Assembly: GCF_006345805.1 (NCBI RefSeq)
Contig: NC_043007.1
Span: forward strand, 58,032,001 to 58,096,000
Direction: 5' to 3'
DNA: 64,000 nucleotides
Origin: Octopus sinensis
Taxonomy: Eukaryota
Of this stretch, positions 12,251 through 23,870 are shown in pieces. How positions within the stretch are numbered: the first letter of the stretch is position 1; each line of letters opens with the position of its first letter. A model generated the notes under the pieces. The model worked only from the letters and a program-made list of their open reading frames with translations. It was not told the DNA's origin and searched no databases. The position numbers were made by a program, and so were the translations under genes.

Positions 12251-14677
12251 TATATTATATATACATACACATACATAAATACAGACACAAGCATATATAC
12301 GTATGTGTATAGATGAATATGCATGAATATATATATATATATATACATATATCGAAAGAGAGAGAAGAGAGACTGAGAATCAGACCCTGAAACAGTCATG
12401 GAGAGTAAAAAGTAATGTAAGAGTAGAGAGACGGAATAGAGGAGGGTGACATAAACATAATTATTTAAAGACTTTAGAAGGGGTAGATTGGAGTATGGAG
12501 ATGGAACTGGAGAAAGTGTGCAAAAGAAGACAAAAATGACAGCAGTATTTTGAATATCGGAAATAACACACTTACACACACACACACACCACCACCACCA
12601 CCACCACTACCACCAACTACAACAACAACAACGACTACAACAGCATCAACAATAACTGTAGCAACAGCAAAAAGCATAGTAAATCAATAACAACAATGAC
12701 AACAGCTAGAAGAATTATCCACAGCAAGAATCGCCGGAGTAACAATGGCGAGGACAAAATGGAGTAACCATGCAGAGAGACGAGAAAAAATGACGATGAA
12801 GTGCCTGGGATAAAATTGCTCTGAAGAGAGTGAATTTGATTGAATTATAACGGTTTGTTATTCATTTGTGAGATCCACGATTTGATTTGAGAAGAGAATT
12901 GAGATTAAGTGAGGTTCATGCCTTTTACAAGGGTATTATTTTACGTTAATGAATTGGTTTTAATCTGCAATTGATATCGGCATTGCAAGGTCGACACAGT
13001 AATATAGCTTGTCGCTTATGCTACGTCCCTTGCCTGTTTGGTTAAACAATGAGGATTTCTAACTTAGTCACATCAGCCCTTTTTAAAGAGGAGAAGGTGA
13101 ATAGAGTGACTGAAATGTTGATTAAAATTATAGTCAGTAGTAATTAGGTCCCTATTTAATAAAATCCGATGTAGAACGAAACTGACCTTGACTGCATTTG
13201 AAACATAATATTGAATAATGGTTATATCGACAATATTTTATGATGATGATCATTATCATGATCATCATCATCGTTGTCGTCGTCATCGACATTATTGTTA
13301 TAAAGAGTACTTTTTACACTATTTACAATACATTATTTTGTATGAGGTGAAGCCGGTAGGTGACAAAAATTGCTGGTCACAGAACTAAAAAAAAAGTCTT
13401 GGCAGCTTTTAGATTCTGAATTCAAATACCGAAATAAGTAACAGCCAAGTGCCGGAGCTGGTTTAATTAACATATCTTAAGTGCACCCCTGTTTCTGTTT
13501 TAGAAACCATTATTCTGAAAGGAATCATTATAGTCGATTGAATGAATTACTGAAAAATGGCGATAGTTAGGCTAGTAGACAAACAGACGTCAGTTGAGTT
13601 TTGTACGCTACTAATAGCAAGGCATTCTATCTGTAGCCAAAAATATTTTAGTCTCAAAAGGACCAGTCAACTAAATTGTGAATATATACAATTCAGTAAG
13701 TACCAGCATGGTTGGAAGGCCTTTGATCATAATTCTGCTCAGTCACGGCTGACTTAGGCCTATACACTGAAACTAGAATGAAATCTATAATTTAATATGA
13801 CTATCTCTCCCCAGCAGTTAGTTTCGTTGCTCCTGCTTAAGAAATCAATATCTAAAACATCGATACGTAGTTAAGTGAAGAGCGGGGATTGACGTACTTA
13901 ATGTAATGAATCACAAAATTGTTTAATCAATTACAAGGACAACCGCTGTGAAAGACAAATTCATTAACATTAATGATTCTTGTCAAGAAAGTAAAGGGAA
14001 ATTACTCTGAAATGCAAATGCAAATTAAACGGAGGAATACAGTGGAGAGATGTGAGTGTGAATATTTTAATGAGTGTGACAGACTTCACTCATCTTCCAG
14101 TTGAGTGCTTTTAGAGGATAGAGGAATCCACTTTATTGTAAGCATTTGAGTAAGGCTTCCGATTTGGTGATACCTTCCTCCCATCAGTATCATAGGTTCT
14201 GTAAAGGGTCAGAGGTACTATCCCTCCCTCCTCTTTAAAAGATTAAAAAAACCCAGATTAATTGATTAAAATTTATTTGAGGAGGAATGAGCTCACTAAA
14301 TTAACACGCTATACTCCAATTAACTATTTGTTTTTCATGCACGAGGCATCCTTTAGAAATTTTTCTATGTCGTTAAGAAATCACTGAACTCTCTTACATT
14401 TCTACTTTTATACAGTTATAGATTTCCTTTATCTTGTACATTCAGATACGTTCTGTATATTTGGGTTTATTGTTTGGATGGAAAGATTCGAGGTGAAATG
14501 GTTATGTCGTTCGCTTCATGAACAATCTTCGTAAAAACGGTATTCATGACTGTTCTCCATAGATGTGTTCTTTCACAGCTTAAGTCCTGTTAGTGCGTTG
14601 ACAGTATTCCTTGAAAAGGTATGTTTTCTTTCTGTCGGTCTCTCTTTCCTCCTTCCCCCACTCTCTCTCTCATATAC

Positions 14678-14714
<37 letters not shown>

Positions 14715-15068
14715 CATGTATGCATGTATATAGATAGATAGATAGATATGTACACACACACTCACTCATACAACACACAGACATGTATATATATATATAC
14801 ACATATATACATAGATATATATAAGTGTACATGTATATACATATACATACATAAATACACACACATATATATATATATATATATAAAATATTTTCTTTCT
14901 TTGTACTATTGTATAAATGCATCAATAACAGCGACAGTAGGAGTGAAATTGTGCTGACAATAAAAATAACAACAACAACGACAAAAGTAATACCAAGAAA
15001 TCCAGTACCAACTTTAACAACAGCAAGACCAACAAATAACAAAAGCAACCACAACCACAACAACATCA

Positions 15069-15109
<41 letters not shown>

Positions 15110-15228
15110 CATAGTAGCAGCAACGACGAAGGAAAATGGAAATGTAAAGTAGATGAATCTGATGGAATAATGTTGAGACATTCAAATGCAACAAAAACAA
15201 TGGGAAGAACAACGCCAAGAACTATTGC

Positions 15229-15269
<41 letters not shown>

Positions 15270-15291
15270 CGGTGGTGGTGGTGGTAGTAGC

Positions 15292-15322
<31 letters not shown>

Positions 15323-16318
15323 ATGGTGGTGGTGGTGGTGGTGGTGGTAGCAGCAGCAGCAGAATGGGAAGGTCTGCGAGGGAGAGAGAGCTGATTGTGT
15401 CAGAGAGAAGGAAGCTAAAGAGTAAAATAGATTGATTTCTTGGAATAACGGAAAAGTCTTTCTGTTTAACCTGCAGTGGTCATAGGTCATAATTCATAGG
15501 TCAGAGGTGAAGGAGATAGAATGTGAGATATCCTTGCTTTACCATATGACATTAGCAACAAATTAAAAAGATAACATATACAATAAAACATGGACGATGA
15601 TATTTTCTACATAATCATTCGGCCTGCTAGAAATAACAGCAGAATTATTCTTAAAGTACACATTTTAACTTTTAAAAAGGAAGGAGATGTTGGAAAATGT
15701 AGTTATGGGAAAATATGGTTGGGAAAAAATAGATGGCATAATCACAGTTGGAATGCTTTTCATTATAGATCTGTTAACTGGGGTTAAACGATATTAACCA
15801 TAAACAACAAGGTAAGAATACAAAACAACAATAACGACAGCAAATGACAGCAAGAATAAAATACATTGCAACAAAAACAACAACTAAAAAGATAACGTAA
15901 AAAAAATGTAGTGACAAGAGTAGCAGCACGTTTGCGCCAACGAGAGAATAAGAAGGATGACAACAGCAGCAACAACAACAACAGTGACAACAACAAATAA
16001 TAAAGACCAGAAAACAACAAATTCCATAACAACAACCGAAGCAAAAAAAAAAAAAGCAAAAAAGTACCGAAAAAGCAAAATAAAAGCAGCTACAGGACAA
16101 AAACAACTGCAGCAAGAGCATCAACAGCAACAACAACAGTTGCTGCAACAGCCTCAGTAGGTTTTCTCCAGTTAGCACATGCAACTCTCTCAGCCATAAC
16201 AATGGTACACAATGAATGGCCAGTATTAGAGCTGCCAAATCGATTTGGAAGCTGCAAAAGGAACCGTGTAAGAGTATTGCGGTAGACATTGACACACACA
16301 CAAACACATATAGATACA

Positions 16319-16373
<55 letters not shown>

Positions 16374-16578
16374 CTCGCTCGCCCCCCACACATGTGCGCG
16401 CGCATATACTTGCATACATATGTACATGAAATACATATTGCACATGTATATATACACACGTCTATACATACGTGTTTATTCAAATATATGTTCTCATACA
16501 CGACTGCTATCTAGAGTCACATACAACCATATGCTCATATTCGCAGACCGAAGCAGTTAAATATACAGATAGTTGTGA

Positions 16579-16614
<36 letters not shown>

Positions 16615-16640
16615 TCATACACATATGTACATAGATACAT

Positions 16641-16844
16641 TCCTTTATTCTTTCGGTCATATGACATTGGCCATGCTGGGGCACTACCTTTAGTCGAACA
16701 AATCGACCCCAGGACTTATTCTTTGCAAGCCTAGTACTTACTCTATTGGTTCCATTTGCCGAACCGCTAATGAGGGGGACGTAAACACACCAACATCGGT
16801 TGTCAAGCGATAGTGGGGGTATAAAGTCGGACACAAATAACAAA

Positions 16845-16910
<66 letters not shown>

Positions 16911-17075
16911 AAAATATATACGACGGGCTCCTTTCAGTTTCCGTCTACCAAATACACTCACAAGACATTGGTCGGTTCGAGGCTATAGTAGAAGATACTT
17001 GCCCAAGGTGTCATACAGAGGGACTGAACATACAGAGGGAACCATGTGGCTTGGAAGCAAGCGTCTTACCACACA
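16641..17075 (-). mobile_element. SINE family A
   Basis: Colinear with 161-610. Confidence 0.9.
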
Positions 17076-17091
17076 TTATATATATATATAT

Positions 17092-17330
17092 AAGGGTTAG
17101 CCACCCTTATATATATATATAAGGGTTAGCCACATTTAGGTGGCAAATATACTTCATGATGTCACGCAGCTACTGTTTATACCTCGCTCAGAGATTTATT
17201 ATTGCTTGTTTCCACTTTTTCGAGATCACTGACTTTTCCAGAAGTTTCCAGAATTTTCTTTTTTCTTCTCAATTGAAGTTCATCTCTGTTGTTAATAATT
17301 GTGCAGAAAAGTAGATCTATTACGTTTTTG
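17092..17330. repeat. Unclassified interspersed repeat with a second partial copy at 57128-57252
   Basis: agggttagccac..gtggcaaatatac.tca.ga matches 57213-57252, and tactgtttatacctcgctcagagatttat matches 57135-57162 in inverted orientation. Confidence 0.5.
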
Positions 17331-17971
17331 AACAGTTCATAAAGAGATGGGAGGGAGGTATCTGTTTGAGAACTTGTGATTTCGGAAAATCCTAATTTCT
17401 TTTAAAGAAAAGATGAATCTACCAAAAAAATAATAATAATAATGTGTGATGCAGACGAATGCGATAAAGTGAGAGAGAGAGAATACCTGAACAAAGGAGA
17501 GAAGGTAGCAGTGGTCTCTGAAAAGGTGTTGCATCTATAGTAACAAGAATTCTTAGCTTTGCTGCTCAAGTTGTGTATCTTTGCATTAAAGCCGTCGAGT
17601 GCACAGAAAAAAGAGTAAACCCATAATTTGCTACAAACAACAACACTAAGTTTGATAATAATGGGTCGAGCAACAGGTAGTCGCTAGCGAGGACAAAGCA
17701 GCAACAAAGTGCACTCATAGAAAAGATTAATAAATAACGTCTACATCACTATGATAACGATTCGGTTGGTAGTTAGCGGAGCATTGTAAAGCCAAACAAC
17801 CACCACCATCACTACCATCAGTAACATTATTACCACCAATGCCATCACAAGCATCAAAAACATCACTGCCACTTTTATCACCGCCGGTATCGCATTTCCA
17901 ACAAAGAGCTGCGTACGCGCATGCATCAGTCCGCAGCCTCCCACTTTATAGCTATCCGTCGCATGCGCTGT

Positions 17972-18189
17972 TACGTGACAGGCCCTGTACCAGATGACTG
18001 GACCTGGTTGGGGAAGATCTCCAGAGGCTCAATGTCATCTTGGAGGATGCAGAGAACTTGCACGGGACCGCCAGCGTTAGAGAGCAGTGGTGGAGCTGGT
18101 CGGATCTACGTATAATGACACCTCTGGGACCACTAACTTGGGATGGACCCAGCCGCATCAAGCAAGAGCATAAAGCAAAGCAAGCAAGC
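17972..18189 (+). mobile_element. RTE-clade LINE 3' end
   Basis: With stops and one frameshift: RPCTR*LDLVGEDLQRLNVILEDAENL(A)RDRQR*RAVVELVGST, matching the RTE C-terminal RPxxRWxD...A.DR..WR motif; followed by a (CAAG)-like tail. Confidence 0.7.
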
Positions 18190-18838
18190 CATCGCTTTCA
18201 CCAAGACCAGCAGTGACGGCAGCAAAAGAAGCTATAATATGAACATCAACAGTTGCACCAAAGGAGCTGCAACAATCCTACATACACACGTTCTGTGTCC
18301 GTGCATTGCCGACTTGTGAGCTTACGTTAAACAGTTGCCCTTACGTATAGGAAAATTTTGACTATCAGCCAGCTCTATTATCAAGATTAATCCATTACCA
18401 TTTTGCTTAACCTGATGATTATGGCAAAGTGCTTGCATGGCGGACGCTGTTAAATGGCATGAGAAAGTTTTCCCTCTCTGGTTCATCCTTCAGTTTTTCA
18501 GGAATCACTTTCGGTGGAAGGCTTGGATGGAAAAGTTCTTTGCTTTCTTTTTCTTGCTGAAGATAGAAGAGAGTGGCGAGAATGCTGAGGTTAACTGGAC
18601 CTATTCTCTGTTTTTCTAAACAGGAGAAAAGCCGATGAGAGGAGACTTTAAGGCCATTAACGAAAGACGACCGTAACCTTTATATGTTATCCTATGTGCA
18701 ATAGATTCCCTGTTGTTGATATTCTATAACTATTTATTGTTTCGTTTTTGCTTATTGTATCTTATATATGGTTTTACTTAATTTTATTCGCCATCCCAGA
18801 ATCTTGGGCCATTGTAGCCAATTATCGTTATTATTATT

Positions 18839-19060
18839 AAGGCGGTGACATCGCAGGGTCGTCAGTACGTCGGGAAAATGCTTTCTGGCATTTTTTCCGA
18901 CGTTTTATTTTTAGCATGAGATGAAATCGAGGTAAAATTTGCCTTTCATCCTTTTGGAGGTCGATAAAGTAAGCACCAATCGAGCACTGGGGTCGATATA
19001 ATCGATTAACTCCACCTCTCCCTATAATTGCTGGACTTGTGCCAAAGTTAGAAAGAGTTA
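18839..19060 (+). mobile_element. SINE family B (diverged)
   Basis: aaggcggtga...tttgcctttcatccttttggaggtcgataaagtaagcacca...ctggggtcgatataatcga. Confidence 0.8.
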
Positions 19061-19138
19061 TTGTTGTTGCTGTTCGCTTTCGATGTTTTTAGAAATCACC
19101 ATTATGCATGAAATCATTATTTCTGCACAAGGAATACC

Positions 19139-19230
<92 letters not shown>

Positions 19231-19282
19231 TATATTATTATTATTATTATTATTATCGTCGTCGTCGTTGTCGTTGTCGTCG

Positions 19283-19325
<43 letters not shown>

Positions 19326-19360
19326 TATCATCATCATCATCATCATCATCATCATTATTA

Positions 19361-19434
<74 letters not shown>

Positions 19435-19436
19435 AT
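19139..19436. repeat. Compound trinucleotide array (ATT)n(GTC)n(CAT)n(ATT)n(GAT)n
   Basis: Visible directly; source of the poly-I/L/H/D ORFs. Confidence 0.95.
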
Positions 19437-20559
19437 TAATTTAATAATCGTTTCTACCATATAATAATGATGTTGCCATGTCATGGTATTTGTCATCATA
19501 TTCACTATGCTTTCCTTCTTTTCCATTTCTTCTACTTTCCTGAATGAATTTATTCAATTTGCTGTTCTCATTTCGCCCAAGACTGTTCTTTGCTTAAATA
19601 GCGATAAACTGCTCCAATCTGTCTCTCATATAGCGTTTTCTTTTGTGTAGATGTCTCTTAGACATTTTCCTTGCATTCGCTCTTGCTCACTACCTCTCTT
19701 CTTTTCTCTCCACCAATCTATCTATCTATCTCTCTACCTAGTTATCTGTATATCTGTCTGTCTAACTATCTGTTTGTCTGTCTATCTATCTTTCTATGTA
19801 TCTATCTATCTAATTGTGTTGACATCCACCGCTTCCTTCGCCAGTTTCTCCACCCATTGTCCATTTCTGCACTACATCGATTTCTCTCATCCTTTCCTAT
19901 TATAAAATTCTATACCAATGTTCATCTTGATATTCAGAATTTTAACCATCATTAACTTGGTGGAACACGTCATTTTCTTCCGATGGCAGCATCATTTCTA
20001 TAAATCACAAGATATTGCCATTGTGAGATTCGTTGCTGGTCCGGTCGATAGATCATCAGATAATCAGCTAAAGTTCAGTGGCTCACGTTCTGTTAACAAT
20101 GTAACATACTGCCCAGGGCCAAGATATTTTACTATCTCGTGTTTTTCAAGTCTACTTAATTATAATGAGACAATTCAAAGTCAGTTATATAACTAACTTT
20201 TTAAACAGAGCGACTGGATTATTGATGAGTGGCCTATTAGCTTTCAGGTTTCAATTCGACTTGCCCTTCTTTTCCACTTCATTGTGGAAGAGGTCATTGT
20301 TATTTAACCACAACTCAGACCTGATTGAGCTTACCTATGGTCAAAATTCTTCTAGCCATAATCATCACGCTTTTTGGGGTTTGTTTGTTTTTAGTATTCA
20401 TGTCTGACACGATTCTATCCAATATGTCCTACTTTTTAATGCCCATCATGCAGTAGAGCAATACAGCTGATGTGGGTTACTTCTGAATGAGGTGCAAGTC
20501 TATAAGGAGTGAATAAATAGAAACAGTCTTAATTGATACTTCTTTCCAACGCACACACT

Positions 20560-20600
<41 letters not shown>

Positions 20601-20647
20601 CACACACACATAATATATATATAGAGAGAGAGAGGGAAGGGAGAGAG

Positions 20648-21219
20648 AAACTGGAATAGGATACAAAGAGTTTATGACAAAGCAAACCGAGTGAACACGT
20701 GGTACAAGACCGACAAATATCAATGAGTGATGTTTGTAGAAACCACAGCCCATGGATAACTATCCTGAAGATTTAGAAAAGCTCTGAAGGAGGCCAAACT
20801 CAACATTAAGATCGTTGAAAAGCCAGGAATCTCCATCAGATCTTATCTATGTAGGACGTACCACTTTCAGAATACCACATGCATCAATGATAACTGCATG
20901 GTTTGTAAGATTAACCCTGGCATAAGGTGCATTTGAGACAAAGACCAACATGGAAGCACACGGGGGTCAAGGTGACATCCGCATTTTATCCAAGTACCCG
21001 AAGGACCCAGCACTCAGACAAATAGACTACGTCCTCATAAATGTACCAAATAGGAAATATACGTAGAAGGTAGTCATACTCTTATACCTACAGTTTATAT
21101 ATACAGAGGTATAGTTGTTACTAGGCTGCTATGTAGACGTATATATATGTGTATGTGTGTATGTGTTTGTGTGTGTGTGTATGTGGGTAAATGGATAGAT
21201 AGATAGATAGATAGATAGG

Positions 21220-21315
<96 letters not shown>

Positions 21316-21619
21316 AGGACAGGTGATACAGACAGACAAGCACACATACACAAATGAAGACTGAAACGTGACCATATACACATGCACATACTCTCACAGC
21401 CTTTACACACACACACTACAAACTCACACATACGTACAAATACCCAAACATGAACACACTCATGAATATGCAGAATACATACATTCAAACGTACACACAC
21501 GGATAGATATATATATATATATGTGCATACACACACATAAATGCGTACACATACATACATACATGCATACATACGTGCATACATACATACATACATACAT
21601 ACATACATACATACATACA

Positions 21620-21652
<33 letters not shown>

Positions 21653-22154
21653 GTATACTCATACATACTGACGCACACACATGCGCTCAGACTAACAACC
21701 AAGAAGAACGCAGCTCTGATAACGGACAAAGTCAACAACTATTGAAGATGTTGCAAGAAGCAACGAACATTTTAGAAAAAATAAATAAGTAAATGAGTGG
21801 AAATCAAACCGGTGAGTGTGTTAAGTAATAAGTCACTAAAAGAGAATGACTCTCACCAGACACAATTATATACATACATATATATATATATATGTATGTA
21901 CCATACCTTCGAAACACGCATTGAGTCGAAACAGGGGCAGCTGAAGAAGGGGAATGTTCCTTGTGTTGTATGTCTTGTGCTCTGTTCTTTCGTTGTTAAA
22001 AAAAAGTCCGTTTCCTTGTTTTGTTTTTATGTTTTCATTCTCGTTGTGTTCTACGTTTTTTGTGGTGTCCTGTACCCATATATGCATATATATATACATA
22101 TAGATGTAGGTATGTACGTATATGTATGTATGTATGCATATGTTTTATTTATTA
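20648..22154 (+). mobile_element. Penelope-like element (Cys-linker, Neptune/Naiad-like), 5'-truncated and internally deleted, with long 3' terminal repeat
   Basis: NWNRIQRVYDKANRVNTWYKTDKYQ*VMFVET..FRKALKEAKLNIKIVEKPGISIRSYLCRTY..TCINDNCMVCKINPGIRC matches the 53296-53934 ORFs. Downstream noncoding sequence matches 52578-53050 (reverse complement) and 54093-54645. Confidence 0.8.
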
Positions 22155-22840
22155 AATTGTTATATATATATATATATAAAGAGAGGGAGAGAGAAAAGGA
22201 GAGATATATACATACTTATATGTATGCATGTATCTACGAATTTTATTTACAATAATACGTTTGCTAAGGGCTTCCTATGACGCATGCGCAATGATATACC
22301 GGCCGGAGTTAGCTGAAGCTTACCTACACATACGTATCCGAACGAATTTCTTTCCTCATAACTTGAAGAAACATGGATATTTTTTAATGAAATTTTGTAC
22401 AAAAACTCTTCGGATTATCATCACTACTACTATCACCACCACTACCACCGTCCCTACCATCACCATAGCCACCACCACTAACACCACCGTTACAACAACC
22501 ACTGCCATCTCCATCACTTCGATCATGACCACAGCCTCCTCTACCACTATTGCCGTTACTACCACTACTACAATCATCAACATCACCACTACAACGATCA
22601 TTACCACCACTGCGACTACTGCCGCTACCACCACTACTACCATGACTGCTAGTACTACAGCAGCCATCCCACCACCACCACCATTACTACTACCATCATG
22701 CACCACCAACAACTACTAATACCATCAACATCACATCCTCCACCACCATCACTACAGCAATTACAACAAATCTCAATACTACTGCTACTACTAACGCCGC
22801 TGACAACACTAGCTCCACCACCAGCATCACCACGACGACG

Positions 22841-22893
<53 letters not shown>

Positions 22894-23082
22894 CACTACT
22901 ACTACCACTACTACTACTGTTTCAGTACGTGGGACATACAGCAAATGTTACAGAATGGTCAATGAGGCTTGAAACAAATAGCTTCATTTTTAATGTATCA
23001 CTATTAGCAGTTTGGACCACCTACTGTAGTTGTTGTTGGTGGTGGTGGTGGTGGTAGTTGTGGTGGTGGTGGTGGTGATGGT

Positions 23083-23114
<32 letters not shown>

Positions 23115-23416
23115 TAGTGGTGATGTGATACTATACACAGTGAGGTTATTGTCTCTACAGATATTGCGTCTCTTGTTCTTGTAGCAGTGGTTCTGGTTTT
23201 GGCGGCAACGGAGTAACTGTGCCCGTCAGCGATATTATATGCATACATGCATACATACATACAAACAAATATATTCATATAAATATGAATATACATATAA
23301 GCATATATACACACATATATACCTATTATCTATTTACACGCATATACATACAAAATGTTCTCGTATTATGACAGAAGGACAGACAGACAGACAGACAGAC
23401 AGATAGACAGATAGAC

Positions 23417-23489
<73 letters not shown>

Positions 23490-23780
23490 TGTATATAGTA
23501 TAATTCGGGTGAAAACCTCGTAACATGCATTTAAGTGCTTTTATGTCGTTGACTACTGCATGATATCCTGCAGTAGGGTATATTCCAGGGCTGAATACAC
23601 AAGCGGAACTCCTTTTTGCATAAGATTAATACAAGAAGGATATGATATGAGGATGAGGGATGTCACTGCTCACCAGCTTTCAGTTGTTGAGTCTATATTC
23701 ATATACTATTATAGATCATTCTTGATAATTATTATATAGTAGAATATTTTTCAGCCACAGCAGTGTTTAGGCGCTTCATT

Positions 23781-23870
23781 GGGTGGAATATATCTTTTAT
23801 TCTTTTACTTGTTTCAGTCAGTTGACTGCGGCCATGCTGGAGCACTGCCTTAAAGGGTTTCTTAGTAGAA
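23781..23870 (-). mobile_element. SINE family A 3' tail fragment
   Basis: cttttattcttttacttgtttcagtcagttgactgcggccatgctggagcactgcc. Confidence 0.8.

Noticed and set aside
17077-17133. Second fold-back event (tatataaggg-ttagcca-cccttatata)
   Set aside because: The related copy at 57205-57222 also has ccaccctt-aggggttagcc, so the small palindrome is probably part of the repeat consensus.
19900-20500. Old LINE RT remnant on the minus strand (NLKANRPL.., NLTMAISCDL)
   Set aside because: The resemblance to the YRPI and MAWIDY.KA blocks is too weak to support by eye.
21915-21990. Hammerhead in the Cys-linker PLE terminal repeat (cagctgaagaagggg; cagctaatgaagggg in the reverse complement near 52820)
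   Set aside because: A CUGAnGA-like box and a possible stem II exist, but no GAAA box follows in either copy, and the upstream GAAAC motifs give no valid type II fold.
22228-22944. Thr-rich (mucin-like) 163-aa ORF and antisense poly-Val ORFs
   Set aside because: A degenerate (ACC/ACT/ACA)n triplet array; no signal peptide, splice context or unique domain.
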